From Eledone cirrhosa (lineage: Eukaryota): a stretch of DNA of 64,000 nt. Below the pieces are notes generated by a model. That model did no database searches, was not told where the DNA came from, and saw nothing but the letters and a program-made list of their open reading frames with translations. Below are positions 1 through 15,000 of the stretch, piece after piece (the stretch's first letter is position 1; the number at the start of each line of letters is the position of its first letter). The position numbers were made by a program, and so were the translations under genes. The stretch lies in contig OZ024740.1 of NCBI GenBank assembly GCA_964016885.1, positions 35,712,001 through 35,776,000 of the forward strand, read 5' to 3'.

Positions 1-3000
1 GACAGTTATATGTAAGGTGTTGTGGTTTAACAGGAGACAGTTAGATGTAAGGTGCTGTGGTTTACAGTTGACAGTTAGATGTAAGGTGTAGTGGTTTAAC
101 AGACGACAGTTAGATGTAAGGTGTAGTGGTTTAACAGACGACAGTTAGATATAAAGTGTAGTGGTTTAACAGACGACAGTTATATGTAAGGTGTTGTGGT
201 TTAACAGACGACAGTTAGATGTAATGTGTTGTGGTTTATCAGACGAACAGTTAGATGTAAGGTGTTGTGGTTTAACAAACGACAGTTAGATGTAAGGTGT
301 TGTGGTTCAACAGGCGACAGTTAGATGTAAGGTCTTGTGGTTCAACAGGCGACAGTTAGATGTAAGCTGTTGAGGTTTAACAGGTGACAGTTAGATGTAA
401 GGTGTTGTGGTTTAACAGGCGACAGTGAGATGTAAGGTGTTTTGGTTTAACAGACGACAGTGAGATGTAAGGTGTTGTGGTTTAAAAGGTGACAGTTCGA
501 TGTAAGGTGTTGTGTTTTAACAGGTGACAGTTAGATGCAAGGTGTATGTGTTTAACAAGCAACAGTTAGATGTAAGGTGTTGTGGTTTAACAGGTGACAG
601 TTAGATGGAAGATTTTGTGGTTTAACAGGTGACAGTTAGATGTAATGTGTTCTGGTTTAACAGGTAACAATTAGATGTAAGGTGTTGTGGTTTAACAGGT
701 GACAGTTAGATGTAAGGTGTTGTGGTTTAACAGGCGACAGTGAGATGTAGGGTGTTGTGGTTTAACAGGCGACAGTGAGATGTAAGGTGTAGTGGTTTAA
801 CAGGCTACATTTAGATGTAATGTGTTCTGGTTTAACAGGCAACAGTTAGATGTAAGGTGTAGTGGTTTAACAGACGACAGTTAGATGTAAGGTGTAGTGG
901 TTTAACAGACGACAGTTAGATGTAAGGTGTAGTGGTTTAACAGACGACAGTTAGATGTAAGGTGTAGTGGTTTAACAGAAGACAGTTAGATGTAAGGTGT
1001 AGTGGTTCACAGGCGACAGTTAGATGTAAGGTGTCCTGGTTTAACAGACGACAGTTAGATGTAAGTTGTAGTGGTTTAACAGACGACAGTTAGATGTAAG
1101 CTGTAGTGGTTCAACAGACGACAGTTAAATGTAAGGTGTTGTGGTTTAACAGGTGAAAGTTAGATGTAAGGTGTAGTGGTTTAACAGACGGTAGTTAGAT
1201 GTAAGGTGTAGTGGTTTCATAGGCGACATTTAGATGTAAGATGTAGTGGTTTAACAGACGAAATGTAAATGTAAGGTATTGTGGTTTAACAGGCGACAGT
1301 TAGATGTAAGGTGTTGTGGTTTAACAGACGTCAGTTAGATGTAAGGTGTTGTGGTTCAACGGACGAGGGTTAAATGTAAGGTGTTGTGGTTTAACAGACG
1401 ACAGTTAGATGTAATGAGTCGTTTAACAGTCGTTAGTTAGATGTAAGGTGTAGTGGTTTAACAGGTGACAGTTAGATGTAAGGTGTTGTCGTTTAACAGG
1501 CGACAGTTAGATGGAAGGTGTTGTGGTTCAACATGCGACAGTTAGATGTATGGTGTTGTGGTTTAACAGGCGACAGTGACATGTAAGATGTTGTGGTTTA
1601 ACAGGCGACAGTGAGATGTAAGGTGTTGTGGTTTAACAGGCGACAGTGAGATGTAAGGTGTTGTTTTTGAACAGGCGACAGTTAGATGTATGGTGTTGTG
1701 GTTGAATATGTGACAGTTAGATGTGAGGTGTTGTGGTTTAACAGGCCACAGTGAGATGCAAGGTGTTGTGGTTTAACAGGCGACAGTGAGATGTAAGGTG
1801 TAGTGGTTTAACAGCTGACAGTTAGATGCATGGTGTTGTCGTTAAACAGGCGACAGTTAGATGTAAGTTGGTGTGGTTTAACAGGTGACAGTTATATGTA
1901 TGGTGTTGTGGTTTAACAGGAGACAGTTAGATGTAAGGTGTTGTGGTTTACAGTTGACAGTTAGATGTAAGGTGTAGTGGTTTAACAGACGACAGTTAGA
2001 TGTAAGGTGTAGTGGTTTAACAGACGACAGTTAGATGTAAAGTGTAGTGGTTTAACAGACGACAGTTATATGTAAGATGTTGTGGTTTAACAGACGACAG
2101 TTAGATGTAATGTGTTGTGGTTTAACAGACGACAGTTAGATGTAAGGTGTTGTGGTTTAACAAACGACAATTAGATGTAAGGTGTTGTGGTTCAACAGGC
2201 GACAGTTAGATGTAAGGTGTTGTGGTTTAACAGGTGACAGTTATATGAAAGGTGTTGTGGTTTAACAGGTGACAGTTAAATGTAAAGTGTTGTGGTTCAA
2301 CAGACGACAGTTAAATGTAAGGTGTTGTGATTCAACAGACGAGAGTTATATGCAAGGTGTTGTGGTTTAACAGACGACAGTTAGATGTAAAGTATAGTGG
2401 TTTAACAGGCGACAGTTAGATGTAAGGTGTTGTGGGTCAACAGGCGACAGTTAGATGTAAGGTGTTGTTGTTTACAGTTGACAGTTAGATATAAGGTGTA
2501 GTGGTTTAAGAGACGACAGTTTGATGTAAAGTGTAGTGGTTTAACAGACGACAGTTATATGTAAGGTGTTGTGGTTTAACAAACGACAGTTAGATGTAAT
2601 GTGTTGTGGTTTAACAGACGACAGTTAGATGTAAGGTGTTTTGGTTTAACAAACGACTGTTAGATGTAAGGTGTTGTGGTTCAACAGGCGACAGTTAGAT
2701 GTAAGGTGTTGTGGTTTAACAGGTGACAGTTATATGAAAGGTGTTGTGGTTTAACAGGTGACAGTTAGATGTAAGGTGTTGTGGTTTCACAGGTGACAGT
2801 TAGATGTAAGGTGTTGTGGTTTAACAGGCGACAGTTAGATGTAAGGTTTAGTGGTTCAACAGGCGACAGTTAGATGTAAGGTGTTGTGGTTTAGCAGGTG
2901 ACAGTTAGATGTAATGTGTTGTGGTTTACCAGGTGACAGTGAGATGTAAGGTGTTGTGGTTTAACAGGTGACAGTTAGATGTAAGGTGTTGTGGCTTAAC

Positions 3001-6000
3001 AGACGACAGTTAGATGTATGGTGTTGTGGTTTAAGAGACGACAGTGAGATGTAAGGTGTTGTGGTTTGACAGGTGACAGTTAGATGTAAGGTGTTGTGTT
3101 TTAACAAACGACAGTTATATGTAAGGTGATGTGGTTCAACAGGCGACAGTTAGATGTAAGTTGTTGTGGTTTAACAGGTGACAGTTATATGTAAGGTGTT
3201 GTGGTTTAACAGGAGACAGTAGGATGTAAGGTGTTGTGGTTTACAGTTGACAGTTAGATGTAAGGTGTAGTGGTTTAACAGACGACAGTTAGATGTAAGG
3301 TGTAGTGGTTTAACAGACGACAGTTAGATGTAAAGTGTAGTGGTTTAACAGACGACAGTTATATGTAAGGTGTTGTGGTTTAGCAGACGACAGTTAGATG
3401 TAATGTGTTGTGGTTTAACAGACGACAGTTAGATGTAAGGTGTTGTGGTTTAACAAACGACAGTTAGATGTAAGGTGTTGTGGTTCAACAGGCGACAGTT
3501 ATATGTAAGGTGATGTGGTTCAACAGGCGACAGTTAGATGTAAGTTGTTGTGGTTTAACAGGTGACAGTTATATGTAAGGTGTTGTGGTTTAACAGGAGA
3601 CAGTTAGATGTAAGGTGTTGTGGTTTAACAGACGACAGTTAGATGTAAGTTGTAGTGGTTTAACAGACGACAGTTAGATGTAAGCTGTAGTGGTTCAACA
3701 GACGACAGTTAAATGTAAGGTGTTGTGGTTTAACAGGTGAAAGTTAGATGTTAGGTGTAGTGGTTTAACAGACGGCAGTTAGATGTAAGGTGTAGTGGTT
3801 TAATAGGCGACAGTTAGATATAAGGTGTTGTGGTTTAACAGACGTCAGTTAGATGTAAGGTGTTGTGGTACAACGGACGAGAGTTAAATGTAAGGTGTTG
3901 TGGTTTAACAGACGACAGTTAGATGTAATGAGTCGTTTAACAGTCGTTAGTTAGATGTAAGGTGTAGTGGTTTAACAGGTGACAGTTAGATGTAAGGTGT
4001 TGTCGTTTAACAGACGACAGTTAGATGGAAGGTGTTGTGGTTGAACAGGCGACAGTTTGATGTATGGTGTTGTGGTTGAATAGCTGACAGTTAGATGTGA
4101 GATGTTGTGGTTTAACAGGCCACAGTGAGATGCAAGATGTTGTGGTTTAACAGGCGACAGTGAGATGTAAGGTGTAGTGGTTTAACAGCTGACAGTTAGA
4201 TGCATGGTGTTGTCGTTAAACAGGCGACAGTTAGATGGAAGGTGTTGTGGTTTAACAGGCCACAGTGAGAAGTAAGGTGTTGTGGTTCAACAGGCGACAG
4301 TTAGATGTAAGGTGTTGTCGTATAACAGGCAACAGTTAGATGGAAGGTGTTGTGGTTTAACAGGTGACAGTTCGATGTAAGGTATAGTGGTTTAACAGGC
4401 GACAGTGAGATGTAAGGTGTTGTGGTTCAACAGGCGACAGTTAGATGTAAGGTGTTGTGGTTTAGCAGGTGACAGTTAGATGTAATGTGTTGTGGTTTAC
4501 CAGGTGACAGTGAGATGTAAGGTGTTGTGGTTTTAGCAGGTGACAGTTAGATGTAAGGTGTTGTGGCTTAACAGACGACAGTTAGATGTATGGTGTTGTG
4601 GTTTAACAGACGACAGTGAGATGTAAGGTGTTGTGGTTTGACAGGTGACAGTTAGATGTAAGGTGTAGTGGTTTAACAGACGACAGTTAGATGTAAAGTG
4701 TAGTGGTTTAACAGACGACAGTTATATGTAAGGTGTTGTGGTTTAACAGACGACAGTTAGATGTAATGTGTTGTGGTTTAACAGACGACAGTTAGATGTA
4801 AGGTGTTGTGGTTTAACAAACGACAGTTAGATGTAAGGTGTTGTGGTTTAACAGGTGACAGTTATATGAAAGGTGTTGTGGTTTAACAGGTGACAGTTAA
4901 ATGTAAAGTGTTGTGGTTCAACAGACGACAGTTAAATGTAAGGTGTTGTGATTCAACAGACGAGAGTTATATGCAAGGTGTTGTGGTTTAACAGACGACA
5001 GTTAGATGTAAAGTATAGTGGTTTAACAGGCGACCGTTAGATGTAAGGTGTTGTGGGTCAACAGGCGACTGTTAGATGTAAGGTGTTGTTGTTTACAGTT
5101 GACAGTTAGATATAAGGTGTAGTGGTTTAACAGACGACAGTTAGATGTAAGGTGTAGTGGTTTAAGAGACGACAGTTTGATGTATGGTGTTGTGGTTTAA
5201 CAGGCGACAGTGACATGTAAGATGTTGTGGTTTAACAGGCGACAGTGAGATGTAAGGTGTTGTGGTTTAACAGGCGACAGTGAGATGTAAGGTGTTGTGG
5301 TTGAACAGGCGACAGTTAGATGTATGGTGTTGTGGTTGAATAGGTGACAGTTAGATGTGAGGTGTTGTGGTTTAACAGGCCACAGTGAGATGCAAGGTGT
5401 TGTGGTTTAACAGGCGACAGTGAGATGTAAGGTGTAGTGGTTTAACAGCTGACAGTTAGATGCATGGTGTTGTCGTTAAACTGGCGACAGTTAGATGGAA
5501 GGTGTTGTGGTTTAACAGGCGACAGTGAGATGTAAGGTGTTGTGGTTCAACAGGCAACAGTTAGATGTAAGGTGTTGTCGTATAACAGGCAACAGTTAGA
5601 TGGAAGGTGTTGTGGTTTAACAGGCGACAGTTAGATGTAAGGTGTTGTGGTTTAGCAGGTGACAGTTAGATGTAATGTGTTGTGGTTTACCAGGTGACAG
5701 TGAGATGTAAGGTGTTGTGGTTTAACAGGTGACAGTTAGATTAAAGGTGTTGTGGCTTAACAGACGACAGTTAGATGTATGGTGTTGTGGTTTAATAGAC
5801 GACAGTGAGATGTAAGATGTTGTGGTTTGACAGGTGACAGTTAGATGTAAGGTGTTGTGTTTTAACAAACGACAGTTATATGTAAGGTGATGTGGTTCAA
5901 CAAGCGACAGTTAGATGTAAGTTGTTGTGGTTTAACAGGTGACAGTTATATGTATGGTGTTGTGGTTTAACAGGAGACAGTTAGATGTAAGGTGTTGTGG

Positions 6001-9000
6001 TTTACAGTTGACAGTTAGATGTAAGGTGTAGTGGTTTAACAGACGACAGTTAGATGTAAGGTGTAGTGGTTTAACAGACGACAGTTAGATGTAAAGTGTA
6101 GTGGTTTAACAGACGACAGTTAAATGTAAGGTGTTGTGATTCAACAGACGAGAGTTATATGCAAGGTGTTGTGGTTTAACAGACGACAGTTAGATGTAAA
6201 GTATAGTGGTTTAACAGACGACAGTTAGATGTAAGGTGTTGTGGGTCAACAGGCGACAGTTAGATGTAAGGTGTTGTTGTTTACAGTTGACAGTTAGATA
6301 TAAGGTGTAGTGGTTTAACAGACGACAGTTAGATGTAAGGTGTAGTGGTTTAAGAGACGACAGTTTGATGTAAAGTGTAGTGGTTTAACAGACGACAGTT
6401 ATATGTAAGGTGTTGTGGTTTAACAAACGACAGTTACATGTAATGTGTTGTGGTTTAACAGACGACAGTTAGATGTAAGCTGTTTTGGTTTAACAAACGA
6501 CTGTTAGATGTAAGGTGTTGTGGTTCAACAGGCGACAGTTAGATGTAAGGTGTTGTGGTTTAACAGGTGACAGTTATATGAAAGGTGTTGTGGTTTAACA
6601 GGTGACAGTTAGATGTAAGATGTTGTGGTTTCACAGGTGACAGTTAGATGTAAGGTGTTGTGGTTTAACAGGCGACAGTTAGATGTAAGGTTTTGTGGTT
6701 CAACAGGCGACAGTTAGATGTAAGGTGTTGTGGTTTAGCAGGTGACAGTTAGATGTAATGTGTTGTGGTTTACCAGGTGACAGTGAGATGTAAGGTGTTG
6801 TGGTTTAACAGGTGACAGTTAGATGTAAGGTGTTGTGGCTTACCAGACGACAGTTAGATGTATGGTGTTGTGGTTTAAGAGACGACAGTGAGATGTAAGG
6901 TGTTGTGGTTTGACAGGTGACATTTAGATGTAAGGTGTTGTGTTTTAACAAATGACAGTTATATGTAAGGTGATGTGGTTCAACAGGCGACAGTTAGATG
7001 TAAGTTGTTGTGGTTTAACAGGTGACAGTTATATGTAAGGTGTTGTGGTTTAACAGGAGACAGTTAGATGTAAGGTGTTGTGGTTTACAGTTGACAGTTA
7101 GATGTAAGGTGTAGTGGTTTAACAGACGACAGTTAGATGTAAGGTGTAGTGGTTTAACAGACGACAGTTAGATGTAAAGTGTAGTGGTTTAACAGACGAC
7201 AGTTATATGTAAGGTGTTGTGGTTTAACAGACGACAGTTAGATGTAAGGTGTTGTGATTTAACAAACGACAGTTAGATGTAAGGTGTTGTGGTTCAACAG
7301 GCGACAGTTAGATGTAAGGTGTTGAGGTTTAACAGGTGACAGTTATATGAAAGGTGTTGTGGTTTAACAGGTGACAGTTAAATGTAAAGTGTTGTGGTTC
7401 AACAGACGACAGTTAAATGTAAGGTGTTGTGATTCAACTGACGAGAGTTATATGCAAGGTGTTGCGGTTTAACAGACGACAGTTAGATGTAAAGTATAGT
7501 GGTTTAACAGGCGACTGTTAGATGTAAGGTGTTGTGGGTCAACAGGCGACAGTTAGATGTAAGGTGTTGTTGTTTACAGTTGACAGTTAGATATAAGGTG
7601 TAGTGGTTTAACAGACGACAGTTTGATGTAAAGTGTAGTGGTTTAACAGACGACAGTTATATGTAAGGTGTTGTGGTTTAACAGACGACAGTTAGATGTG
7701 ATGTGTTGTGGTTTAACAGACGACAGTTAGATGTAAGGTGTTGTGGTTTAACAAACGACTGTTAGATGTAAGGTGTGGTTCAACAGGCGACAGTTAGATG
7801 TAAGGTGTTGTGGTTTAACAGGTGACAGTTATATGAAAGGTGTTGTGGTTTAACAGGTGACAGTTAGATGTAAGGTGTTGTGGTTTCACAGGTGACAGTT
7901 AGATGTAAGGTGTTGTGGTTTAACAGGCGACAGTTAGATGTAAGGTGTTGTGGTTTAGCAGGTGACAGTTAGATGTAATGTGTTGTGGTTTACCAGGTGA
8001 CAGTGAGATGTAAGGTGTTGTGGTTTAACAGGTGACAGTTAGATGTAAGGTGTTGTGGCTTAACAGACGACAGTTAGATGTATGGTGTTGTGGTTTAACA
8101 GACGACAGTGAGATGTAAGGTGTTGTGGTTTGACAGGTGACAGTTAGATGTAAGGTGTTGTGTTTTAAAAAACGACAGTTATATGTAAGGTGATGTGGTT
8201 CAACAGGCGACAGTTAGATGTAAGTTGTTGTGGTTTAACAGGTGACAGTTATATGTAAGGTGTTGTGGTTTAACAGGAGACAGTTAGATGTACGGTGTTG
8301 TGGTTTACAATTGACAGTTAGATGTAAGGTGTAGTGGTTTAACAGACGACAGTTCGATGTAAAGTGTAGTGGTTTAACAGACGACAGTTATATGTAAGGT
8401 GTTGTGGTTTAACAGACGACAGTTAGATGTAATGTGTTGTGGTTTAACAGACGACAGTTAGATGTAAGGTGTTGTGGTTTAACAAACGACAGTTAGATGT
8501 AAGGTGTTGTGGTTCAACAGGCGACAGTTATATGTAAGATGATGTGGTTCAACAGGCGACAGTTAGATGTAAGTTGCTGTGGTTTAGCAGGTGACAGTTA
8601 GATGTAATGTGTTGTGGTTTACCAGGTGACAGTGAGATGTAAGGTGTTGTGGTTTAACAGGTGACAGTTAGATGTAAGGTGTTGTGGCTTAACAGACGAC
8701 AGTTAGATGTATGCTGTTGTGGTTTAACAAACGACTGTGAGATGTAAGGTGTTGTGGTTTGACAGGTGACAGTTAGATGTAAGGTATTGTGTTTTAACAA
8801 ACGACAGTTATATGTAAGGTGATGTGGTTCAACAGGCGACAGTTAGATGTAAGTTGTTGTGGTTTAACAGGTGACAGTTATATGTAAGGTGTTGTGGTTT
8901 AACAGGAGACAGTTAGATGTAAGGTGTTGTGGTTTACAGTTGACAGTTAGATGTAAGGTGTAGTGGTTTAAAAGACGACAGTTAGATGTAAGGTGTAGTG

Positions 9001-12000
9001 GTTTAACAGACGACAGTTATATGTAAGGTGTTGTGGTTTAACAGACGACAGTTAGATGTAATGTGTTGTGGTTTAACAGACGACAGTTAGATGTAAGGTG
9101 TTGTGGTTTAACAAACGACAGTTAGATGTAAGGTGTTGTGGTTCAACAGGCGACAGTTATATGTAAGGTGCTGTGGTTCAACAGGCGACAGTTAGATGTA
9201 AGTTGTTGTGGTTTAACAGGTGACAGTTATATGTAAGGTGTTGTGGCTTAACAGGAGACAGTTAGATGTAAGGTGTTGTGGTTTAACAGACGACAGTTAG
9301 ATGTAAGTTGTAGTGGTTTAACAGACGACAGTTAGATGTAAGCTGTAGTGGTTTAACAGACGACAGTTAAATGTAAGGTGTTGTGGTTTAACAGGTGAAA
9401 ATTAGATGTAAGGTGTAGTGGTTTAACAGACGGCAGTTAGATGTAAGGTGTAGTGGTTTAATAGGCGACAGTTAGATGTAAGGTGTACTGGTTTAACAGA
9501 CGAGAGTTAAATGTAAGGTGTTGTGGTTTAACAGGCGACAGTTAGATGTAAGGTGTTGTGGTTTAACAGACGAGAGTTAAATGTAAGGTGTTGTGGTTTA
9601 ACAGACGACAGTTAGATGTAATGAGTCGTTTAACAGTCGTTAGTTAGATGTAAGGTGTAGTGGTTTAACAGGTGACAGTTAGAGGTAAGGTGTTGTCGTT
9701 TAACAGGCGACAGTTAGATGGAAGGTGTTGTGGTTCAACATGCGACAGTTAGATGTATGGTGTTGTGGTTTAACAGGCGACAGTGACATGTAAGATGTTG
9801 TGGTTTAACAGGCGACAGTGAGATGTAAAGTGTTGTGGTTTAACAGGCGACAGTGAGATGTAAGGTGTTGTGGTTCAACAGGCGACAGTTAGATGTATGG
9901 TGTTGTGGTTTAACAGGCGACAGTGACATGTAAGATGTTGTGGTTTAACAGGCGACAGTGAGATGTAAGGTGTTGTGGTTGAATAGGTGACAGTTAGATG
10001 TGAGGTGTTGTGGTTTAACAGGCCACAGTGAGATGCAAGGTGTTGTGGTTTAACAGGCCACAGTGAGATGCAAGGTGTTGTGGTTGAACAGGCGACAGTT
10101 AGATGTATGGTGTTGTGGTTGAATAGGTGACAGTTAGATGTGAGGTGTTGTGGTTTAACAGGCCACAGTGAGATGCAAGGTGTTGTGGTTTAACAGGCGA
10201 CAGTGAGATGTAAGGTGTAGTGGTTTAACAGCTGACAGATAGATGCATGGTGTTGTCGTTAAACAGGCGACAGTTAGATGGAAGGTGTTGTGGTTTAACA
10301 GGCGACAGTGAGATGTAAGGTGTTGTGGTTCAACAGGCGACAGTTAGATGTAAGGTGTTGTCGTATAACAGGCAACAGTTAGATGGAAGGTGTTGTGGTT
10401 TAACAGGTGACAGTTATATGTAAGGTATAGTGGTTTAACAGGCGACAGTGAGATGTAAGGTGTTGTGGTTCAACAGGCGACAGTTAGATGTAAGGTGTTG
10501 TGGTTTAGCAGGTGACAGTGAGATGTAAGGTGTTGTGGTTTAACAGGTGACAGTTAGATGTAAGGTGGTGTGGCTTAACAGACGGACAGTTAGATGTATG
10601 GTGTTGTGGTTTAACAGACGACAGTGAGATGTAAGGTGTTGTGGTTTGACAGGTGACAGTTAGATGTAAGGTGTTGTGTTTTAACAAACGACAGTTATAT
10701 GTAAGGTGATGTGGTTCAACAGGCGACACTTAGATGTAAGTTGTTGTGCTTTAAAAGGTGACAGTTATATGTAAGGCGTTGTGGTTTAACAGGAGACAGT
10801 TAGATGTAAGGTGTTGTGGTTTACAGTTGACAGTTAGATGTAAGGTGTAGTGGTTTAACAGACGACAGTTAGATGTAAGGTGTAGTGGTTTAACAGACGA
10901 CAGTTAGATGTAAAGTGTAGTGGATTAACAGACGACAGTTATATGTAAGGTTTTGTGGTTTAACAGACGACAGTTAGATGGAAGGTGTTGTGGTTTAACA
11001 GGCGACAGTGAGATGTAAGGTTTTGTGGTTCAACAGGCGACAGTTAGATGTAAGGTGTTGTCGTATAACAGGCAACAGTTAGATGGAAGGTGTTGTGGTT
11101 TAACAGGTGACAGTTAGATGTAAGGTATAGTGGTTTAACAGGCGACAGTGAGATGTAAGGTGTTGTGGTTCAACAGGCGACAGTTAGATGTAAGGTGTTG
11201 TGGTTTAGCAGGTGACAGTTAGATGTAATGTGTTGTGGTTTACCAGGTGACAGTGAGATGTAAGGTGTTGTGGTTTAACAGGTGACAGTTAGATGTAAGG
11301 TGTTGTGGCTTAACAGACGACAGTTAGATGTATGGTGTTGTGGTTTAACAGACGACAGTGAGATGTAAGGTGTTGTGGTTTGACAGGTGACAGTTAGATG
11401 TAAGGTGTTGTGTTTCAACAAACGACAGTTATATGTAAGGTGATGTGGTTCAACAGGCGACAGTTAGATGTAAGTTGTTGTGGTTTAACAGGTGACAGTT
11501 ATATGTAAGGTGTTGTGGTTTAACAGGAGACAGTTAGATGTAAGGTGTTGTGGTTTACAGTTGACAGTTAGATGTAAGGTGTAGTGGTTTAACAGACGAC
11601 AGTTAGATGTAAGGTGTAGTGGTTTAACAGACGTCAGTTAGATGTAAAGTGTAGTGGTTTAACAGACGACAGTTATATGTAAGGTGTTGTGGTTTAACAG
11701 ACGACAGTTAGATGTAAGGTGTTGTGGTTTAACAAACGACAGTTAGATGTAAGGTGTTGTGGTTTAACAGGTGAGAGTTATATGAAAGGTGTTGTGGTTT
11801 AACAGGTGACAGTTAAATGTAAAGTGTTGTGGTTCAACAGACGACAGTTAAATGTAAGGTGTTGTGATTCAACAGACGAGAGTTATATGCAAGGTGTTGT
11901 GGTTTAACAGACGACAGTTAGATGTAAAGTATAGTGGTTTAACAGGCGACAGTTAGATGTAAGGTGTTGTGGGTCAACAGGCGACAGTTAGATATAAGGT

Positions 12001-15000
12001 GTAGTGGTTTAACAGACGACAGTTAGATGTAAGGTGTAGTGGTTTAACAGACGACAGTTTCATGTAAAGTGTAGTGGTTTAACAGACGACAGTTATATGT
12101 AAGGTGTTGTGGTTTAACAGACGACAGTAAGATGTGATGTGTTGTGGTTTAACAGACGACAGTTAGATGTAAGGTGTTGTGGTTTAACAAACGACTGTTA
12201 GATGTAAGGTGTTGTGGTTCAACAGGCGAAAGTTAGATGTAAGGTGTTGTGGTTTAACAGGTGACAGTTATATGAAAGGTGTTGTGGTTTAACAGGTGAC
12301 AGTTAGATGTAAGGTGTTGTGGTTTCACAGGTGACAGTTAGATGTAAGGTGTTGTGGTTTAACAGGCGACAGTTAGATGTAAGATGTTGTGGTTTAGCAG
12401 GTGACAGTTAGATGTAACGTGTTGTGGTTTACCAGGTGACAGTGAGATGTAAGGTGTTGTGGTTTAACAGGTGACAGTTAGATGAAAGGTGTTGTGGCTT
12501 AACAGACGACAGTTAGATGTATGGTGTTGTGGTTTAACAGACGACAGTGAGATGTAAGGTGTTGTGGTTTGACAGGTGACAGTTAGATGTAAGGTGTTGT
12601 GTTTTAAAAAACGACAGTTATATGTAAGGTGATGTGGTTCAACAGGCGACAGTTAGATGTAAGTTGTTGTGGTTTAACAGGTGACAGTTATATGTAAGGT
12701 GTTGTGGTTTAACAGGAGACAGTTAGATGTAAGGTGTTGTGGTTTACAGTTGACAGTTAGATGTAAGGTGTAGTGGTTTAACAGACGACAGTTAGATGTA
12801 AAGTGTAGTGGTTTTACAGACGACAGTTATATGTAAGGTGTTGTGGTTTAACAGACGACAGTTAGATGTAATGTGTTGTAGTTTAACAGACGACAGTTAG
12901 ATGTAAGGTGTTGTGGTTTAACAAACGACAGTTAGATGTAAGGTGTTGTGGTTCAACAGGCGACAGTTATATGTAAGGTGATGTGGTTCAACAGGCGACA
13001 GTTAGATGTAAGTTGTTGTGGTTTAACAGGTGACAGTTATATGTAAGGTGTTGTGGTTTAACAGGAGACAGTTAGTTGTAAGGTGTTGTGGTTTAACAGA
13101 CGACAGTTAGATGTAAGTTGTAGTGGTTTAACAGACGACAGTTAGATGTAAGCTGTAGTGGTTCAACAGACGACAGTTAAATGTAAGGTGTTGTGGTTTA
13201 ACAGGTGAAAGTTAGATGTAAGGTGTAGTGGTTTAACAGACGGCAGTTAGATGTAAGGTGTAGTGGTTTAATAGGCGACAGTTAGATGTAAGGTGTAGTG
13301 GTTTAACAGACGAGATTTAAATGTAAGGTGTTGTGGTTTAACAGACGACAGTTAGATGTAATGAGTCGTTTAACAGTCGTTAGTTAGATGTAAAGTGTAG
13401 TGGTTTAACAGGTGACAGTTAGATGTAATGTGTTGTGGTTTACCAGGTGACAGTGAGATGTAAGGTGTTGTGGTTTAACAGGTGACAGTTAGATGTAAGG
13501 TGTTGTGGCTTAACAGACGACAGTTAGATGTATGGTGTTGTGGTTTAACAGACGACAGTGAGATGTAAGGTGTTGTGGTTTGACAGGTGACAGTTAGATG
13601 TAAGGTGTTGTGTTTTAACAAACGACAGTTATATGTAAGGTGATTTGGTTCAACAGACGACGGTTAGATGTAAGTTGTTGTGGTTTAACAGGTGACAGTT
13701 ATATGTAAGGTGTTGTGGTTTGACAGGAGACAGTTAGATGTAAGGTGTTGTGGTTTACAGTTGACAGTTAGATGTAAGGTGTAGTGGTTTAACAGACGAC
13801 AGTTAGATGTAAGGTGTAGTGGTTTAACAGACGACAGTTAGATGTAAAGTGTAGTGGTTTAACAGACGACAGTTATATGTAAGGTGTTGTGGTTTAACAG
13901 ACGACAGTTAGATGTAAGGTGTTGTGGTTTAACAAACGACAGTTAGATGTAAGGTGTTGTGGTTCAACAGGCGACAGTTAGATGTAAGGTGTTGTGGTTT
14001 AACAGGTGACAGTTATATGAAAGGTGTTGTGGTTTAACAGGTGACAGTTAAATGTAAAGTGTTGTGGTTCAACAGACGACAGTTAAATGTAAGGTGTTGT
14101 GATTCAACAGACGAGAGTTATATGCAAGGTGTTGTGGTTTAACAGACGACAGTTAGATGTAAAGTATAGTGGTTTAACAGGCGACAGTTAGATGTAAGGT
14201 GTTGTGGGTCAACAGGCGACAGTTAGATGTAAGGTGTTGTTGTTTACAGTTGACAGTTAGATATAAGGTGTAGTGGTTTAACAGACGACAGTTAGATGTA
14301 AGGTGTAGTGGTTTAACAGACGACAGTTTGATGTAAAGTGTAGTGGTTTAACAGACGACAGTTATATGTAAGGTGTTGTGGTTTAACAGACGACAGTTAG
14401 ATGTGATGTGTTGTGGCTTAGCAGACGACAGTTAGATGTAAGGTGTTGTGGTTTAACAAACGACTGTTAGATGTAAGGTGTTGTGGTTCAACAGGCGACA
14501 GTTAGATGTAAGGTGTTGTGGTTTAACAGGTGACAGTTATATGAAAGGTGTTGTGGTTTAACAGGTGACAGTTAGATGTAAGGTGTTGTGGTTTCACAGG
14601 TGACAGTTAGATGTAAGGTGTTGTGGTTTAACAGGCGACAGTTAGATGTAAGGTGTTGTGGTTTAGCAGGTGACAGTTAGATGTAATGTGTTGTGGTTTA
14701 CCAGGTGACAGTGAGATGTAAGGTGTTGTGGTTTAACAGGTGACAGTTAGATGTAACGTGTTGTGGCTTAACAGACGACAGTTAGATGTATGGTGTTGTG
14801 GTTTAACAGACGACAGTGAGATGTAAGGTGTTGTGGTTTGACAGGTGACAGTTAGATGTAAGGTGTTGTGTTTTAAAAAACGACAGTTATATGTAAGGTG
14901 ATGTGGTTCAACAGGCGACAGTTAGATGTAAGTTGTTGTGGTTTAACAGACGACAGTTATATGTAAGGTGTTGTGGTTTAACAGGAGACAGTTAGATGTA